NCBI GenBank assembly: GCA_964404855.1
Contig: CAYOLO010000001.1
Location: 94,245 to 158,244, forward strand
Source: an uncultured Gammaproteobacteria bacterium
GTDB taxonomy: Bacteria > Patescibacteriota > Microgenomatia > CAYQLK01
DNA: 64,000 nucleotides
Direction of reading: 5' to 3'
Under the pieces are notes generated by a model. That model made no database searches and was not told the DNA's origin. It was given only the letters and a program-made list of their open reading frames with translations. This document shows positions 35,241 through 45,683 of this stretch, piece by piece (the first letter of the stretch is position 1; the number at the start of each line of letters is the position of its first letter). The position numbers and the translations under genes were made by a program.

Positions 35241-36736
35241 TTGGTGAATGGATAGCAAAATTTGTAAATAATCATGACAAGTCAGTGCATCGTGCGTTGG
35301 AAATTTTGCCTGGCGCATTTAGTTGGACTTTGATTCTCTTCCCTTTGTGGGGATCATTTTGGGTCCCTCATTATGTGGCCTACTTTGTAATTTTGTTTGA
35401 TATTTTTTGGTTTTATAAATCTGGCACTTTGGCAGTAACAGTTGTACTGTCGCATATTAAAATTAGAGCAGCCGAAAGATACTCATGGATGAACGATCTC
35501 AAGAAACTTCCTGATTGGAAAAAAATTCATCATGTAGTAATAATTCCAACTTATAAAGAGCCAGAATTAACATTGATTAGAGGAATTGACTCGATCGCGC
35601 AACAAGATTTAGGCCCTAAACAAATAACTGTGGTACTCGCAATGGAAGATCGTGAAGCAGGAGCATTGCAAAAAGGTAATGCGCTTAAGAAAAAATATGA
35701 TGGGGTTTTTGGCAACTTTTTTATTACTATTCACCCTGATATAGAAGGTGAAGTTAAAGGCAAATCGTCAAATGAGGCGTGGGCTGGAAGATGGGTAAAA
35801 AAAGAGCTTATTGATAGGCAAAAAATGGATATTGAATATATGACTGTTACTAGTAAAGATGCTGATTCAATAATGCATAAAAAATATTACTCTTGCCTTA
35901 GTTATAAGTTTTTGACTAACCCAGATAGACACTTTAGATTTTGGCAGGCCGCAATCATGTTCTATTCAAATATTTGGAGGATTCCTGCACCAATTAGGGT
36001 GGTTAATACTTTTTGTACTTTGTGGCAGACTGCGCAACTGATGAGAAAAGATCGAATCATTAACTATTCGACCTATTCATTGTCAATGAAAATGCTTCAT
36101 GAAGTTGATTATTGGGATGTTGATGTAATACCTGAGGATTACAGACTATTTTTTAAGTCATATTTTAAGCTTGATGGCAAGGTTGAGGTTGAACCGGTGT
36201 ATTTGAGCGTTCATGCAGATGCGGCCGAAGCTAACGGTTATGTCAACACAATGATAAACCAGTACGAACAGATGAAAAGATGGGCGTGGGGAGCATCAGA
36301 TGATGCATATATTATTAAAAATTGGATGACAAACCATCAAATTCCATTTTGGACACGAACGATGAGAGTGGTAAAAGTACTAGAAGACCACTTTTTGTGG
36401 CCCGTTAATTGGTTTGTGATTACACTTGGTGCCAATATTCCACTGGTATTAAACCCGGAATTTTCTCAGACTGTACTTGGAACAAACTTACCAAAAATTA
36501 CTTTTGGACTAATGACATTGGCGTGGGTATTTTTGATAGTTATGATTATTGTAGATTTAAGACAAAGACCTAAGTCTGATGTGCCTTTATCGCCAATCAA
36601 GAGAATGCTTATGCCTTTTGAATTCATTCTTATGCCTGTGACAGGATTATTCTTCTCAGCTCTCCCTGGACTGGATGCGCACACGCGTTTAATGCTTGGT
36701 AAATATATCGAATATCGAGTTACAGAAAAAGTTTAG
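35237..36736 (+). CDS. Membrane-bound family 2 glycosyltransferase (processive type with QxxRW)
   Basis: 499 aa. GT-A core (IIPTYKEPE, DAD) and QMKRWAWG (QxxRW), with flanking TM helices. Confidence 0.75.
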   Translation: MIGEWIAKFVNNHDKSVHRALEILPGAFSWTLILFPLWGSFWVPHYVAYFVILFDIFWFYKSGTLAVTVVLSHIKIRAAERYSWMNDLKKLPDWKKIHHVVIIPTYKEPELTLIRGIDSIAQQDLGPKQITVVLAMEDREAGALQKGNALKKKYDGVFGNFFITIHPDIEGEVKGKSSNEAWAGRWVKKELIDRQKMDIEYMTVTSKDADSIMHKKYYSCLSYKFLTNPDRHFRFWQAAIMFYSNIWRIPAPIRVVNTFCTLWQTAQLMRKDRIINYSTYSLSMKMLHEVDYWDVDVIPEDYRLFFKSYFKLDGKVEVEPVYLSVHADAAEANGYVNTMINQYEQMKRWAWGASDDAYIIKNWMTNHQIPFWTRTMRVVKVLEDHFLWPVNWFVITLGANIPLVLNPEFSQTVLGTNLPKITFGLMTLAWVFLIVMIIVDLRQRPKSDVPLSPIKRMLMPFEFILMPVTGLFFSALPGLDAHTRLMLGKYIEYRVTEKV

Positions 36737-36784
36737 TGAAAGAGTGATATATTTGAGTAAGGACTCAATATTCTGCCTAGTTAA

Positions 36785-38272
36785 ATGACAAAACCAAAAA
36801 GTCTAACGCTAAAAATAGAAATCTTACTAGTTGCTGCGTTAGCATTCGTTTTCATATTAAGAATTCCATCGCTTTTTGAACCGTTTTGGTACGGGGATGA
36901 AGGTATTTTTGCGGCCGTTGGCCACGGACTAAACAAGGGACATATGCTCTACCTACAGACTTGGGACAATAAACCTCCGATGATTTACCTCTATTACTCT
37001 GCAATTTTTAGAATTTTTGGCGAGTCAATGTTTTGGTTAAGAATGGTTACTGCTATTTGGGTAACACTTACTGCTTTGGTGGTGTTTGACATTGTTAGAA
37101 GAATTTTAAGCGATAAAAGAGCATTGGTTGCTATAGTTCTATTTGGATTACTTACTTCCCTACCTGTAATTGAGGGTAATTTGGCTTTAACAGAAATATT
37201 AATGCTACTTCCAACTGCTTTAGGGTTTTGGTTAATTTTATTGAAGAATAAGGGGCTATTTAAAAATTTTGATGATGTGTTTGTGTATTTAATTGCGGGC
37301 GCATGTTTTTGTATTGCATTTTTGTTTAAACAGATGGCTGTATTTGACGCAATTGCGGCAGGGATCATAATCTTGACGATGCAGGAAAAACCAATTAAAA
37401 GAGCTGCTAGTTTGACTATTGGTTTTTTGGCTGTTTTTGGGATCGTATCTTTATACTTTTTACTACGAGGAACATTAGGTGACTTTATTTTTGCTGCTTA
37501 CACTTATTACTTTATCTATTTATCAGAAGGTCCAGGTTTACCAAAATATTTTGTAGTTTTTAAAGTATTACCCGCAGCAATTGCTACACTTTTTCTTTTT
37601 TACAAATTATTTAGTGGTAAAAAAGTTACATTTACGAATGTTTTTTTGATGTGGGTATGTTTTGCATTGATGGGAAGTATTTTTTCAGGTAGGCCTTATG
37701 GACATTATTTAATTCAAATAATATTACCTTTAACAATATTATTAGTTGGACTTAACTTTAGAAAAATTAAACTTTTGGATGTTGCTGTATCGGCTGTAAT
37801 TTTAGTGATTGCAATTTTTGTTTTGAACAAGGCGTTTGGACTTAGTAATTTTCAGGGAGATGTATTACGAACGGGTTATTACAAAAATTTTGTTGATTTT
37901 GCCAAAGGAAACAAAACATACAGACAGTACAGCGATAGCTTTGATGGAAATGCCTACAAACTTAGAAGTGTATCTGAATACTTAATAACAAAAGGCTCAT
38001 CGAATAAATATGTTTATATATGGGGAGACTATTCTTGGGCGTATGTTTTGGCTGATGCTAAGGAATCAAGCAGATATGTTACCTCCTTTCATGTTCGCGG
38101 GCTTCCAAATGGAGACAAGGAAGTTATTGAAAGCCTTGAGAGAAATAGGCCAAAGTTTATTGTCAAAACTCCTAATGCAATCGGAGGCTTTGAAGAACTT
38201 GATGAATTCATTTTGAAATACAGATATAAACTTATTAACACGATTGAAGGTTCGGAGATATTTGCTATTTAG
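36785..38272 (+). CDS. GT-C fold glycosyltransferase (ArnT/PMT-like, polyprenyl-phosphate-sugar dependent)
   Basis: 495 aa with more than 10 TM. N-terminal FEPFWYGDEGIFA loop motif typical of GT39/GT83-like enzymes. Confidence 0.6.
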   Translation: MTKPKSLTLKIEILLVAALAFVFILRIPSLFEPFWYGDEGIFAAVGHGLNKGHMLYLQTWDNKPPMIYLYYSAIFRIFGESMFWLRMVTAIWVTLTALVVFDIVRRILSDKRALVAIVLFGLLTSLPVIEGNLALTEILMLLPTALGFWLILLKNKGLFKNFDDVFVYLIAGACFCIAFLFKQMAVFDAIAAGIIILTMQEKPIKRAASLTIGFLAVFGIVSLYFLLRGTLGDFIFAAYTYYFIYLSEGPGLPKYFVVFKVLPAAIATLFLFYKLFSGKKVTFTNVFLMWVCFALMGSIFSGRPYGHYLIQIILPLTILLVGLNFRKIKLLDVAVSAVILVIAIFVLNKAFGLSNFQGDVLRTGYYKNFVDFAKGNKTYRQYSDSFDGNAYKLRSVSEYLITKGSSNKYVYIWGDYSWAYVLADAKESSRYVTSFHVRGLPNGDKEVIESLERNRPKFIVKTPNAIGGFEELDEFILKYRYKLINTIEGSEIFAI

Positions 38273-38307
38273 AGTTTTTAATTTACAATCTATAGCATCA
38301 AAATAGG

Positions 38308-38715
38308 ATGAAAACAAAAGTAAGACCATCGGTCAAAGTTACACATTTCCGACTAAAGGACGTTAGGCAGGAATGGGACGAAGTTGACGCGGATAAAATA
38401 ACTAAAATAGTTTTTTTGATTTCTGCGGCTATATATTTACTTACCTTGGGTTTTTTTCTTTATAATCGCAAACTACTTCCACCTGAACTGCCTATTTTTT
38501 ACTCAAAACCTTGGGGTCAAGAACGACTGGCACCGTCTGATGCAATATGGATACCTGTCTTGATTGGTATGGTGTTACTAATAATTAATGGATTTTTATC
38601 GTTAAAAATATATTCGAAAGAAAAGTTTTTACAAAAAGTTATTGCATGGACTAATTTGGCTACGACAACTTTAATATCCGTGACCTTGGTTAAAATCATG
38701 AGATTATTCGTTTAA
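38308..38715 (+). CDS. Small membrane protein
   Basis: 135 aa with three to four TM helices. Lies inside the glycosyltransferase cluster. Confidence 0.45.
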   Translation: MKTKVRPSVKVTHFRLKDVRQEWDEVDADKITKIVFLISAAIYLLTLGFFLYNRKLLPPELPIFYSKPWGQERLAPSDAIWIPVLIGMVLLIINGFLSLKIYSKEKFLQKVIAWTNLATTTLISVTLVKIMRLFV

Positions 38716-38723
38716 TTATCTAA

Positions 38724-39803
38724 GTGATAGAAATTTTGTCTAATCAATTATTTTTAGGTTTTTTATTTTCTCTTTCAGTAACTTTGTGTGTAACACCTAT
38801 TGTTATAAAGCTTGCGACAAAATATGGTTATGTGGATGATCCGGCAAAACACAAACATCCAGCAATATTGCACAAAAAAATCATTCCGCGTGCAGGAGGA
38901 CTGGCGATAGGGGTTGGAATAATTTTGGCTATTTTATTTTTTATCCCAATTAATAAACAAATTGTAGGTATTATCGCGGGTTCGGTTATTGCGATTGTTA
39001 TTGGTGTACTTGATGACAAATATGACCTCAATCCTTATTTAAGATTTTTTAGTAATTTTTTAATTGCTGCTGTTGTTGTGCTGTCGGGAATTGGAATATC
39101 TTTTATTACAAATCCTTTTGGAGGAGTATTTCGACTTGATGAGTTAATAATTAGATTTGATTTGTTCGGACCTCACTCGATAATTGTTTTGGCAGATTTA
39201 TTTGCAATTCTTTGGATTGTTTGGGTGATGAATATGCTTAATTGGTCAAAAGGCGTGGATGGCCAACTTGCAGGAATTGCGGCAGTGGGTTTTATTGTGC
39301 TTGGCATTACAAGTTTAAGATTTGCAGAAAATGACCCTTCACAAACAATTGTGGCACTTTTGGCTTTTATTGCGGCGGGTGCTTCATTAGGTTTTTTGCC
39401 GTTTAACTGGCATCCGGCTAAAATATTTCCAGGATATTCCTCAACAATTTTAGGTTTTCTGATTGCGGTTTTATCAATAATGTCTGGAGCAAAGGTAGCA
39501 ATCGCAATTTTGGCTATGGCTGTTCCGTTACTGGATGGCCTTTTTACGATCGTGCGCAGGTTGCTTATGAAAAAGTCTCCATTCTGGGGAGACAAACGAC
39601 ATTTACATCATCATTTGATGCGATTAGGATGGGGTCATAGAAAAATTTCTTTATTTTATTGGACAGTCTGTGCTATTTTAGGATTAATAGCATTAACCAC
39701 AAGTGGTATCGAAAAGCTGTTTGCGGGACTGTTAGTGTTTAGTATCATTATCGCAGCCATCCTTTGGATAAACTTAATTATTTGGTCAAAGGAAGATTTA
39801 TAG
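38724..39803 (+). CDS. Polyprenyl-phosphate N-acetylhexosamine-1-phosphate transferase (WecA/MraY family, GT4)
   Basis: 359 aa with 10-11 TM. Conserved DD (VLDDKYDL) and the NMLNWSKGVDG motif. Confidence 0.8.
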   Translation: MIEILSNQLFLGFLFSLSVTLCVTPIVIKLATKYGYVDDPAKHKHPAILHKKIIPRAGGLAIGVGIILAILFFIPINKQIVGIIAGSVIAIVIGVLDDKYDLNPYLRFFSNFLIAAVVVLSGIGISFITNPFGGVFRLDELIIRFDLFGPHSIIVLADLFAILWIVWVMNMLNWSKGVDGQLAGIAAVGFIVLGITSLRFAENDPSQTIVALLAFIAAGASLGFLPFNWHPAKIFPGYSSTILGFLIAVLSIMSGAKVAIAILAMAVPLLDGLFTIVRRLLMKKSPFWGDKRHLHHHLMRLGWGHRKISLFYWTVCAILGLIALTTSGIEKLFAGLLVFSIIIAAILWINLIIWSKEDL

Positions 39804-39807
39804 ACTT

Positions 39808-40740
39808 ATGTTAATTGCAATTATTAAATCGGTTCGCCCAAGACAGTGGTTAAAGAACTTTTCACTTTTTGCACCAATTGTGTTTGAGGGAACTTTGTTT
39901 TCAGAAGGAAACATCTTAAGGCTGATTTATGGCTTTTTTGTATTTTGTATTTTGGCTTCATCAATATATTTACTTAATGATGTTGTAGACATTGAGCTTG
40001 ATAGGCAGCATCCATTTAAGAAATTCCGCCCGATAGCTAAGGGAAGTTTGCCTGTTCCAATTGCACTACTACTATCAATTACTGGAATAGGATTGGTTTT
40101 TGTTTTTGGGTATATTTTGTCTCCATATTTTTTAGCTGCTTGTTTACTTTATCTTGGACTTCAACTTGCTTATACCTTCTATTTAAAAAATCAAATTTTA
40201 TTAGATGTAATGGTTATTGCGTCAGGATTTTTAATTAGAGTTTACGCAGGGGCCTTAATTGTTGAAGCTCATGTAACTGTTTGGTTTTTACTGGCTGTCC
40301 TTTGTTTATCTTTATTCTTAGCTATTGGAAAAAGACGATCAGAACGAACTTTGTTATCAGGAGCAACCAAAATTGACGACGTGAGAAAAACACTAAAAGG
40401 TTATCCAAATAGTTTGCTTGATAGTTTAACGATTATGTTTGCAACAGCGACTTGGCTTTCGTACGCAATGTTTACTTTTTTACAACCGCCAGTGTCAGCT
40501 GATATAAAACAGTCCTTAACTTTTTTAAGCACATATTTACCAGACACGCTGACTAATACCTCAAAATGGTTAATGATTACCATACCTTTTGTTATTTATG
40601 GGGTAATGAGATATCTGTATATTATTTATGAAAAACGCGAAGGAGAATCGCCAGAGAGAGTTATGCTTTCTGATAAGCCGATATTGATTACAATAATTTT
40701 GTGGAGCATTACGGTTATGACAATAATTTACGCAATCTAA
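39808..40740 (+). CDS. UbiA-family prenyltransferase resembling decaprenyl-phosphate 5-phosphoribosyltransferase (DPPR synthase)
   Basis: 310 aa. N-terminal RPRQWLKN and an NDxxDxxxD motif (LLNDVVDIELD), with 8-9 TM helices. Confidence 0.7.
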   Translation: MLIAIIKSVRPRQWLKNFSLFAPIVFEGTLFSEGNILRLIYGFFVFCILASSIYLLNDVVDIELDRQHPFKKFRPIAKGSLPVPIALLLSITGIGLVFVFGYILSPYFLAACLLYLGLQLAYTFYLKNQILLDVMVIASGFLIRVYAGALIVEAHVTVWFLLAVLCLSLFLAIGKRRSERTLLSGATKIDDVRKTLKGYPNSLLDSLTIMFATATWLSYAMFTFLQPPVSADIKQSLTFLSTYLPDTLTNTSKWLMITIPFVIYGVMRYLYIIYEKREGESPERVMLSDKPILITIILWSITVMTIIYAI

Positions 40741-41495
40741 AGATTTTGGATATATTCACTTGATACCCAGCCAGTTGTTAGTTCATCAATTTTAATCTGG
40801 GCAAAATTATTATTTAGTTCTAAAACTTCAAATTCTTGACCTGGTTGGACCTGAGTAATTTCTGCGGAATTAATATCTGGATTTTCTCTGACTCTTAAAA
40901 AACCGGTCGGACTTTCCTTAATTACAATTTTTGGTAAAGGATTAGTTTTGGGACTATCAATTGTAGCCAGCTGAGAATTAACAATTACTGAATAGTTTGA
41001 CTGAATATGAACACGAACAGACCTCTCAACAAAACCTTCTTTTTTGACCGTAATCCTGTGATCTCCAAGGCTAAGATTGTCAATATTTATTGGTGTATTT
41101 CCTTTAAATTCGCCATCAATAAATACGTGAGAGGCCAAAGGAAAAGAGATTACTTTAAGGCCATTTGTGCCTTTTGCAAGACTAACCGTCTCACCTTGTG
41201 ATTTCTGGTCTTCGAGAGATAATTGCCTGTTAATGATACTGAGCGTGTTAGGCAATAGCCTTAACTCTTCGACGTGACCACCAGAATTAGTCTGAATGTT
41301 AATCTGATAGGTCTGATTGGCCGACAGTTGATCTGAAAAAAATGGTGTTTGTCCAAAATCTGTTCCATTAATAATAATTTTGGCTTGTGGGTCGGAAGTT
41401 ATTTGAAGCGAGGCTTTTGCGCCTGAAATTGAACCGCAGCCAAATATAGGTATAACAAATAAAAATAAAGAAATTAACTTGAAATATTTTGCCAT
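40737..41495 (-). CDS. Lipoprotein with tandem PEGA domains and a C-terminal SH3b-like domain
   Basis: Signal peptide with a lipobox (IFGCGS), PEGA-like repeats (IIINGTDFGQTP and VFIDGEFKGNTP) and a C-terminal ENPDINSAEITQVQPGQEFEVLE...WVSSEYI. Confidence 0.6.
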   Translation of the reverse strand: MAKYFKLISLFLFVIPIFGCGSISGAKASLQITSDPQAKIIINGTDFGQTPFFSDQLSANQTYQINIQTNSGGHVEELRLLPNTLSIINRQLSLEDQKSQGETVSLAKGTNGLKVISFPLASHVFIDGEFKGNTPINIDNLSLGDHRITVKKEGFVERSVRVHIQSNYSVIVNSQLATIDSPKTNPLPKIVIKESPTGFLRVRENPDINSAEITQVQPGQEFEVLELNNNFAQIKIDELTTGWVSSEYIQNL

Positions 41496-41609
41496 AAACG
41501 TAGACAGATTTTACATAAAATGTGCATTGATTGACATCTACAGATTTGACTTTTTCCCCTTTTTCTGATATTATAGGTCGTTCATATCTCCATTTTTGGA
41601 GGTTAAATT

Positions 41610-42368
41610 ATGAAAAAAACAACAAATAAGAGACCGAAAAAGCCTCATTTATCTTTGCCTTGCGCGAGCTGGATAGCTTCGCAGGGCTTAAAATCACTCC
41701 CCTTCACTAGAGAAACAGCTAGCTTAATAGTCGAGAAAACTGTAAGTTTATTAATGTTAATTATTATAGGTTTTCTTAAACTTGTAATAAAAAACTATAG
41801 AAAAATAGTTGCGTTTCCTCATAAAAGAATCAGTATTAAATATGGTTTAATGCTGTCAATTTTTGTGGTTATTTTTGGACTTATTTCGATTGATCAAAGC
41901 CAAAATAAAAAACAAGAACAAATTGAAATTGTTATAGCAGCAAGTGAAGAAAAAAACGAATTTGGACAGGTATCTAACACAATTGGATGGGAAGCATGGG
42001 ATGAGGACTTTATTATTCCTGTTGGTGGATACAAGAGCCAAGGATATCGCCGCGGACATAGTGGTATAGATTATGCAGCAGAAATTTATAGCCCTGTTCA
42101 CCCTATTACAGCTGGTAAGGTTGTACATACAGGATGGGAAGCTGGTGGTTATGGAATAACTGTTATTGTTGACCACGGCCACGAACTAATTGCTAGATAT
42201 GCACACCTTGCGAATACTAGCGTAAAAATTGGCCAAGAAGTGAGAACTGAAGACACACTAGGAGAAGTGGGTTTAACCGGACGAACTACTGGTCCTCATG
42301 TACACGTAGAAATCTACGACCAAAACCAAAATATTAACCCTGAAAATTTTATTCCCCTCGTAAACTAA
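41610..42368 (+). CDS. M23-family metallopeptidase (LytM-like)
   Basis: HSGIDY, DHGHE and GPHVHVEI motifs, preceded by an N-terminal TM anchor. Confidence 0.85.
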   Translation: MKKTTNKRPKKPHLSLPCASWIASQGLKSLPFTRETASLIVEKTVSLLMLIIIGFLKLVIKNYRKIVAFPHKRISIKYGLMLSIFVVIFGLISIDQSQNKKQEQIEIVIAASEEKNEFGQVSNTIGWEAWDEDFIIPVGGYKSQGYRRGHSGIDYAAEIYSPVHPITAGKVVHTGWEAGGYGITVIVDHGHELIARYAHLANTSVKIGQEVRTEDTLGEVGLTGRTTGPHVHVEIYDQNQNINPENFIPLVN

Positions 42369-42374
42369 AATACC

Positions 42375-42908
42375 TTATCGAGGTCTGAGTTTGCGTATTT
42401 TAGGTGTAAACTCGTAGTTTTCTTTGCTTTGTTTGTGCAATTTTTTGGATAATTCCATATCTGACAGTTCTTCAAATAAAACTTTAAGTTTTATAGGATT
42501 GGCGACTTTTTCCATAACAATTGCATGCTTATCGTAACCTGCGGTAACAATATCAAGATCGCCAGAGTTATATAAAAACCTCTCAAAAAAAGATTGTTCA
42601 ACTGTGACATGAGTAACCCGATTAATTGGAGCGGAGGTTATTTTTTTGGAAAAAATACCTTCGATAATAATAAATCGACGATTTGTAATTGCATAACTGA
42701 TTTCACGATTTTTTCTTAAAACACCAAGTAGTTTGGGGAGTCCGAGTAAAACAAAGGCAGGAGGAAGCCATAAAATTATTTGAATAATGTAATATCTTTG
42801 GCTGATACCACTAAAGTATAAAACCTCCTCATTTTTAATTAGGTATTTTTTAAGCTTTTTTAACGACTTTGGTTTTGGTTTTTTGAAACCGAACTTAGAG
42901 ATGTCCAT
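42375..42908 (-). CDS. Membrane protein with a bacterial PH domain (YdbT/bPH_2-like)
   Basis: 177 aa. Two TM helices followed by a C-terminal PH-like fold. Confidence 0.5.
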   Translation of the reverse strand: MDISKFGFKKPKPKSLKKLKKYLIKNEEVLYFSGISQRYYIIQIILWLPPAFVLLGLPKLLGVLRKNREISYAITNRRFIIIEGIFSKKITSAPINRVTHVTVEQSFFERFLYNSGDLDIVTAGYDKHAIVMEKVANPIKLKVLFEELSDMELSKKLHKQSKENYEFTPKIRKLRPR

Positions 42909-42970
42909 TATTCTTATTATAGTAGAGGTTTTACTCTACAGGTTAGAAATATAAAGCATTCAAAAAGTAA

Positions 42971-43594
42971 TTAGTCGGAAAAGTCAGCGTTTAGAATAAC
43001 TGGTCCTGGCCTAGGATCGCTTTCGGCAAGATTTGAATCAAATGATTCAAGTGTAACAATTAGGGAATCATAACTAACAAAGTTGGCGTTAGGCAGAGTA
43101 AATGTGAGTGTGTAAAATTCCCCTTCTTTTTTGAGTGTGCCTAATGGTTGAACAAAAGGAGCAAGATCAATATTCCTTTTGTAAGACAAATTATTAAAAA
43201 ATGTTCCGTATTTTTCGTCTAAGTCTGAACTATTAGTCTTACCCGGCCCACCGTTTAGGCCTGCGTCCACTAAATAAGCGTTTAGGGTTGTTTTCTCGGG
43301 TAAAATCAGATTTTTGAGATCGATATTAATTTTTAGCTGACCGTTTTCAAAATCAATTACAGCATTACCGCTAATACCATCAAGATTGGCGACTTGGGCT
43401 AAGGCAGTTTGGTTAAGTTTAAAATCTTTACCATTAATGGCATTTTTGATCGTAATATTTTCTTCAACTGAAATGTCGGGAACTCGGGTCTGGGAAAATA
43501 TATAGCCAAGAATGATACCTATAAAAATTAGGGCAAAATAAACTACAAACGAAAACCGATTAATTGTCGCTCTTTTGCCTTTTTTCTTAGCCAT
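42971..43594 (-). CDS. Membrane-anchored hypothetical protein
   Basis: 207 aa with a single N-terminal TM helix. Confidence 0.45.
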   Translation of the reverse strand: MAKKKGKRATINRFSFVVYFALIFIGIILGYIFSQTRVPDISVEENITIKNAINGKDFKLNQTALAQVANLDGISGNAVIDFENGQLKINIDLKNLILPEKTTLNAYLVDAGLNGGPGKTNSSDLDEKYGTFFNNLSYKRNIDLAPFVQPLGTLKKEGEFYTLTFTLPNANFVSYDSLIVTLESFDSNLAESDPRPGPVILNADFSD

Positions 43595-43691
43595 GAATTG
43601 AATGTTTTGAAGGCAGATTTATTTTTTAAAGCAAAATAATTAGCCAAGTGGCAGTAAATATTTAATTTCTTGGTTTGTAGAATAACACAAA

Positions 43692-45317
43692 CTACATTCC
43701 CATATCGCCCATGCCACCCATGCCGGACATTGGGTTTTTGTTTTCATCAGCTTTTTCTGCAACAAGCGCCTCGGTAGTGATCACCATAATTGCGACCGAA
43801 GTTGCGTTTTCAACTGCTGATCTCGTAACTTTTGCGGGGTCAACAATACCAGAGGTAAGCATTGATTCAAACTCATTAGTCATGACGTTAAATCCTGTGT
43901 CGTCATCCTTAGACTCGATTTCTTTAATGACCCACCCTGCTTCGACGCCTGCATTGAGAGCGATCCAGCGCAACGGCTCAACAAGTGCGCTTTTTATAAT
44001 ATTAATCCCAACAGCCTCATCACTATTTATAGCTTTTAACTTAGAGAGCGCTTTGGCGGCACGAACGAGAGTAACTCCTCCACCAGGTACAATTCCCTCT
44101 TCTAGAGCGGCCTTGGTAGCTTCGACAGCGTCCTTGACTCTCTCTAGACGTTCTTTCATTTCGACTTCGGTTGCCGCTCCAACATTAATAACAGCTACGC
44201 CGCCGCCTAGTTTAGCAAGACGTTCCTGTAGTTTTTCTTTGTCAAAATCATTAGTTGCTGATTCTAATTCCTTTTGGATTGCACTAATACGTGCTTTAAC
44301 GGCGGATTTGGTTTGGTCAGCAACAATTATCGTCGACTCTTTGTCTGATTGGACTTTTTTGGCAAAACCTAAATCTTCAGTTGTAGCAGAATCGAGTTTT
44401 CTACCTAATTCTTCAGAAATAACTGTGCCACCTGTTAGAACAGCAATATCCTCAAGCATGGCTTTGCGCCTATCTCCAAAACCTGGAGCTTTGACGGCAA
44501 GCACATTAAATGTGCCACGAAGCTTGTTGACCACCAGAGTTGCTAATGCCTCACCTTCTATTTCGTCAGCAATAATGACAAGATTCTTGGTAGTTTTAAT
44601 GAGATTCTCGAGCATTGGAAGAAGATCATTAATTGAAGAAATTTTGTAGTCCGTAATAAGAACAGCGGCGTCATTAATATCGGCGACCATTCTTTCTTGG
44701 TCGGTGACAAAATATGTAGACGCATAACCCTTATCAAATTCCATACCCTCTTTGTACTCAATACCAGTTTCTAGGCCTTTACTCTCTTCAACAGTTACTA
44801 CCCCATTACTACCGACTTTTTCTAAAGCCTCAGCGACTATTTCGCCAATTGTGGCGTCAGCTGCTGACACTGTGGCAACTTGAGCAATGCCTTCCCTGCC
44901 AGAAACAGGCTTAGCCATCGATTTGATTTCTTTAATAACAGCATCGCGGGCTTTTTCTAGTCCTGATCTAATTGACATCGGATTAGCACCAGCGGTGACA
45001 ACTTTTAATCCTTCTTTGATAATGGCTTCAGCTAAAACAGTAGCGGTAGTTGTACCATCACCAGCAACATCATTAGTACGACTTGCGGCTTCTTTAATAA
45101 GCTGAGCCCCCATGTTTTCAAAAGGATCAGAAAGTTCGATTTCTTTGGCGACACTTACTCCATCATGGATAACCGAAGGGCCACCCCATTTTTTGTCGAG
45201 GGCGACATTTCTACCTTTTGGTCCGAGTGTGGTTTTAACTGCTTTTGCGAGAATTTCGGCTCCTTTTAGGAGTTTTTCGCGAGCCTCTGCGCCAAAAATT
45301 ATTTCTTTTGCTGCCAT
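43692..45317 (-). CDS. groL: Chaperonin GroEL
   Basis: 541 aa. Canonical GroEL sequence with a C-terminal GGM repeat tail. Confidence 0.97.
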   Translation of the reverse strand: MAAKEIIFGAEAREKLLKGAEILAKAVKTTLGPKGRNVALDKKWGGPSVIHDGVSVAKEIELSDPFENMGAQLIKEAASRTNDVAGDGTTTATVLAEAIIKEGLKVVTAGANPMSIRSGLEKARDAVIKEIKSMAKPVSGREGIAQVATVSAADATIGEIVAEALEKVGSNGVVTVEESKGLETGIEYKEGMEFDKGYASTYFVTDQERMVADINDAAVLITDYKISSINDLLPMLENLIKTTKNLVIIADEIEGEALATLVVNKLRGTFNVLAVKAPGFGDRRKAMLEDIAVLTGGTVISEELGRKLDSATTEDLGFAKKVQSDKESTIIVADQTKSAVKARISAIQKELESATNDFDKEKLQERLAKLGGGVAVINVGAATEVEMKERLERVKDAVEATKAALEEGIVPGGGVTLVRAAKALSKLKAINSDEAVGINIIKSALVEPLRWIALNAGVEAGWVIKEIESKDDDTGFNVMTNEFESMLTSGIVDPAKVTRSAVENATSVAIMVITTEALVAEKADENKNPMSGMGGMGDMGM

Positions 45318-45326
45318 AATGTTTTT

Positions 45327-45626
45327 TTATTTATTTATTTTTGCCATTAAATCCTCGAATTTAAGTAGAGAATACTCTACCCCATCGATTTTTATTTCAT
45401 TGCCTGCCCATTTTTTGTAGAGAACTTTTTCTCCAACTTTGACGGGAGATTTTTTTTCTTGACCGTCTTCAAAAACAGATTCACCAATTGCCAAAACTTC
45501 GCCTTCTGAAGGTTTTTCAACATTGGCACTGTCAGGCAAAATAATACCTGAAGAGGTTTTAGTTTCGGAATCTTTTGGTTTAATGAGTATGTATCCTGCA
45601 AGAGGATTAATTTTGGTTATATCCAT
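45327..45626 (-). CDS. groS: Co-chaperonin GroES
   Basis: 99 aa. Lies 9 nt upstream of groEL on the same strand. Confidence 0.95.
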   Translation of the reverse strand: MDITKINPLAGYILIKPKDSETKTSSGIILPDSANVEKPSEGEVLAIGESVFEDGQEKKSPVKVGEKVLYKKWAGNEIKIDGVEYSLLKFEDLMAKINK

Positions 45627-45637
45627 AAGGTTTTTTG

Positions 45638-45683
45638 AAAAATTAGCATTGGTATTGTATAAGTGCTAATTTTTTTTGTCAAG
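45638..45683 (-). promoter_or_regulatory. Putative groESL promoter TTGACA-N17-TACAAT overlapping CIRCE
   Basis: The minus strand reads TTGACAaaaaaaattagcacttaTACAAT. This is the same layout as the hrcA promoter. Confidence 0.6.
45643..45669. promoter_or_regulatory. CIRCE operator TTAGCATTG-N9-TAAGTGCTAA upstream of groES
   Basis: ttagcattggtattgtataagtgctaa is a 9-N9-9 inverted repeat. It sits 17 nt upstream of the groES ATG and overlaps the stop of the upstream nucleotidyltransferase gene. Confidence 0.8.

Noticed and set aside
43711-44649. 312-aa plus-strand ORF inside groEL, and the similar long antisense ORFs inside dnaK (8102-8971)
   Set aside because: They are antisense to highly conserved chaperone genes. 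Their Ala/Ser/Thr-rich, low-complexity composition is typical of antisense frames.
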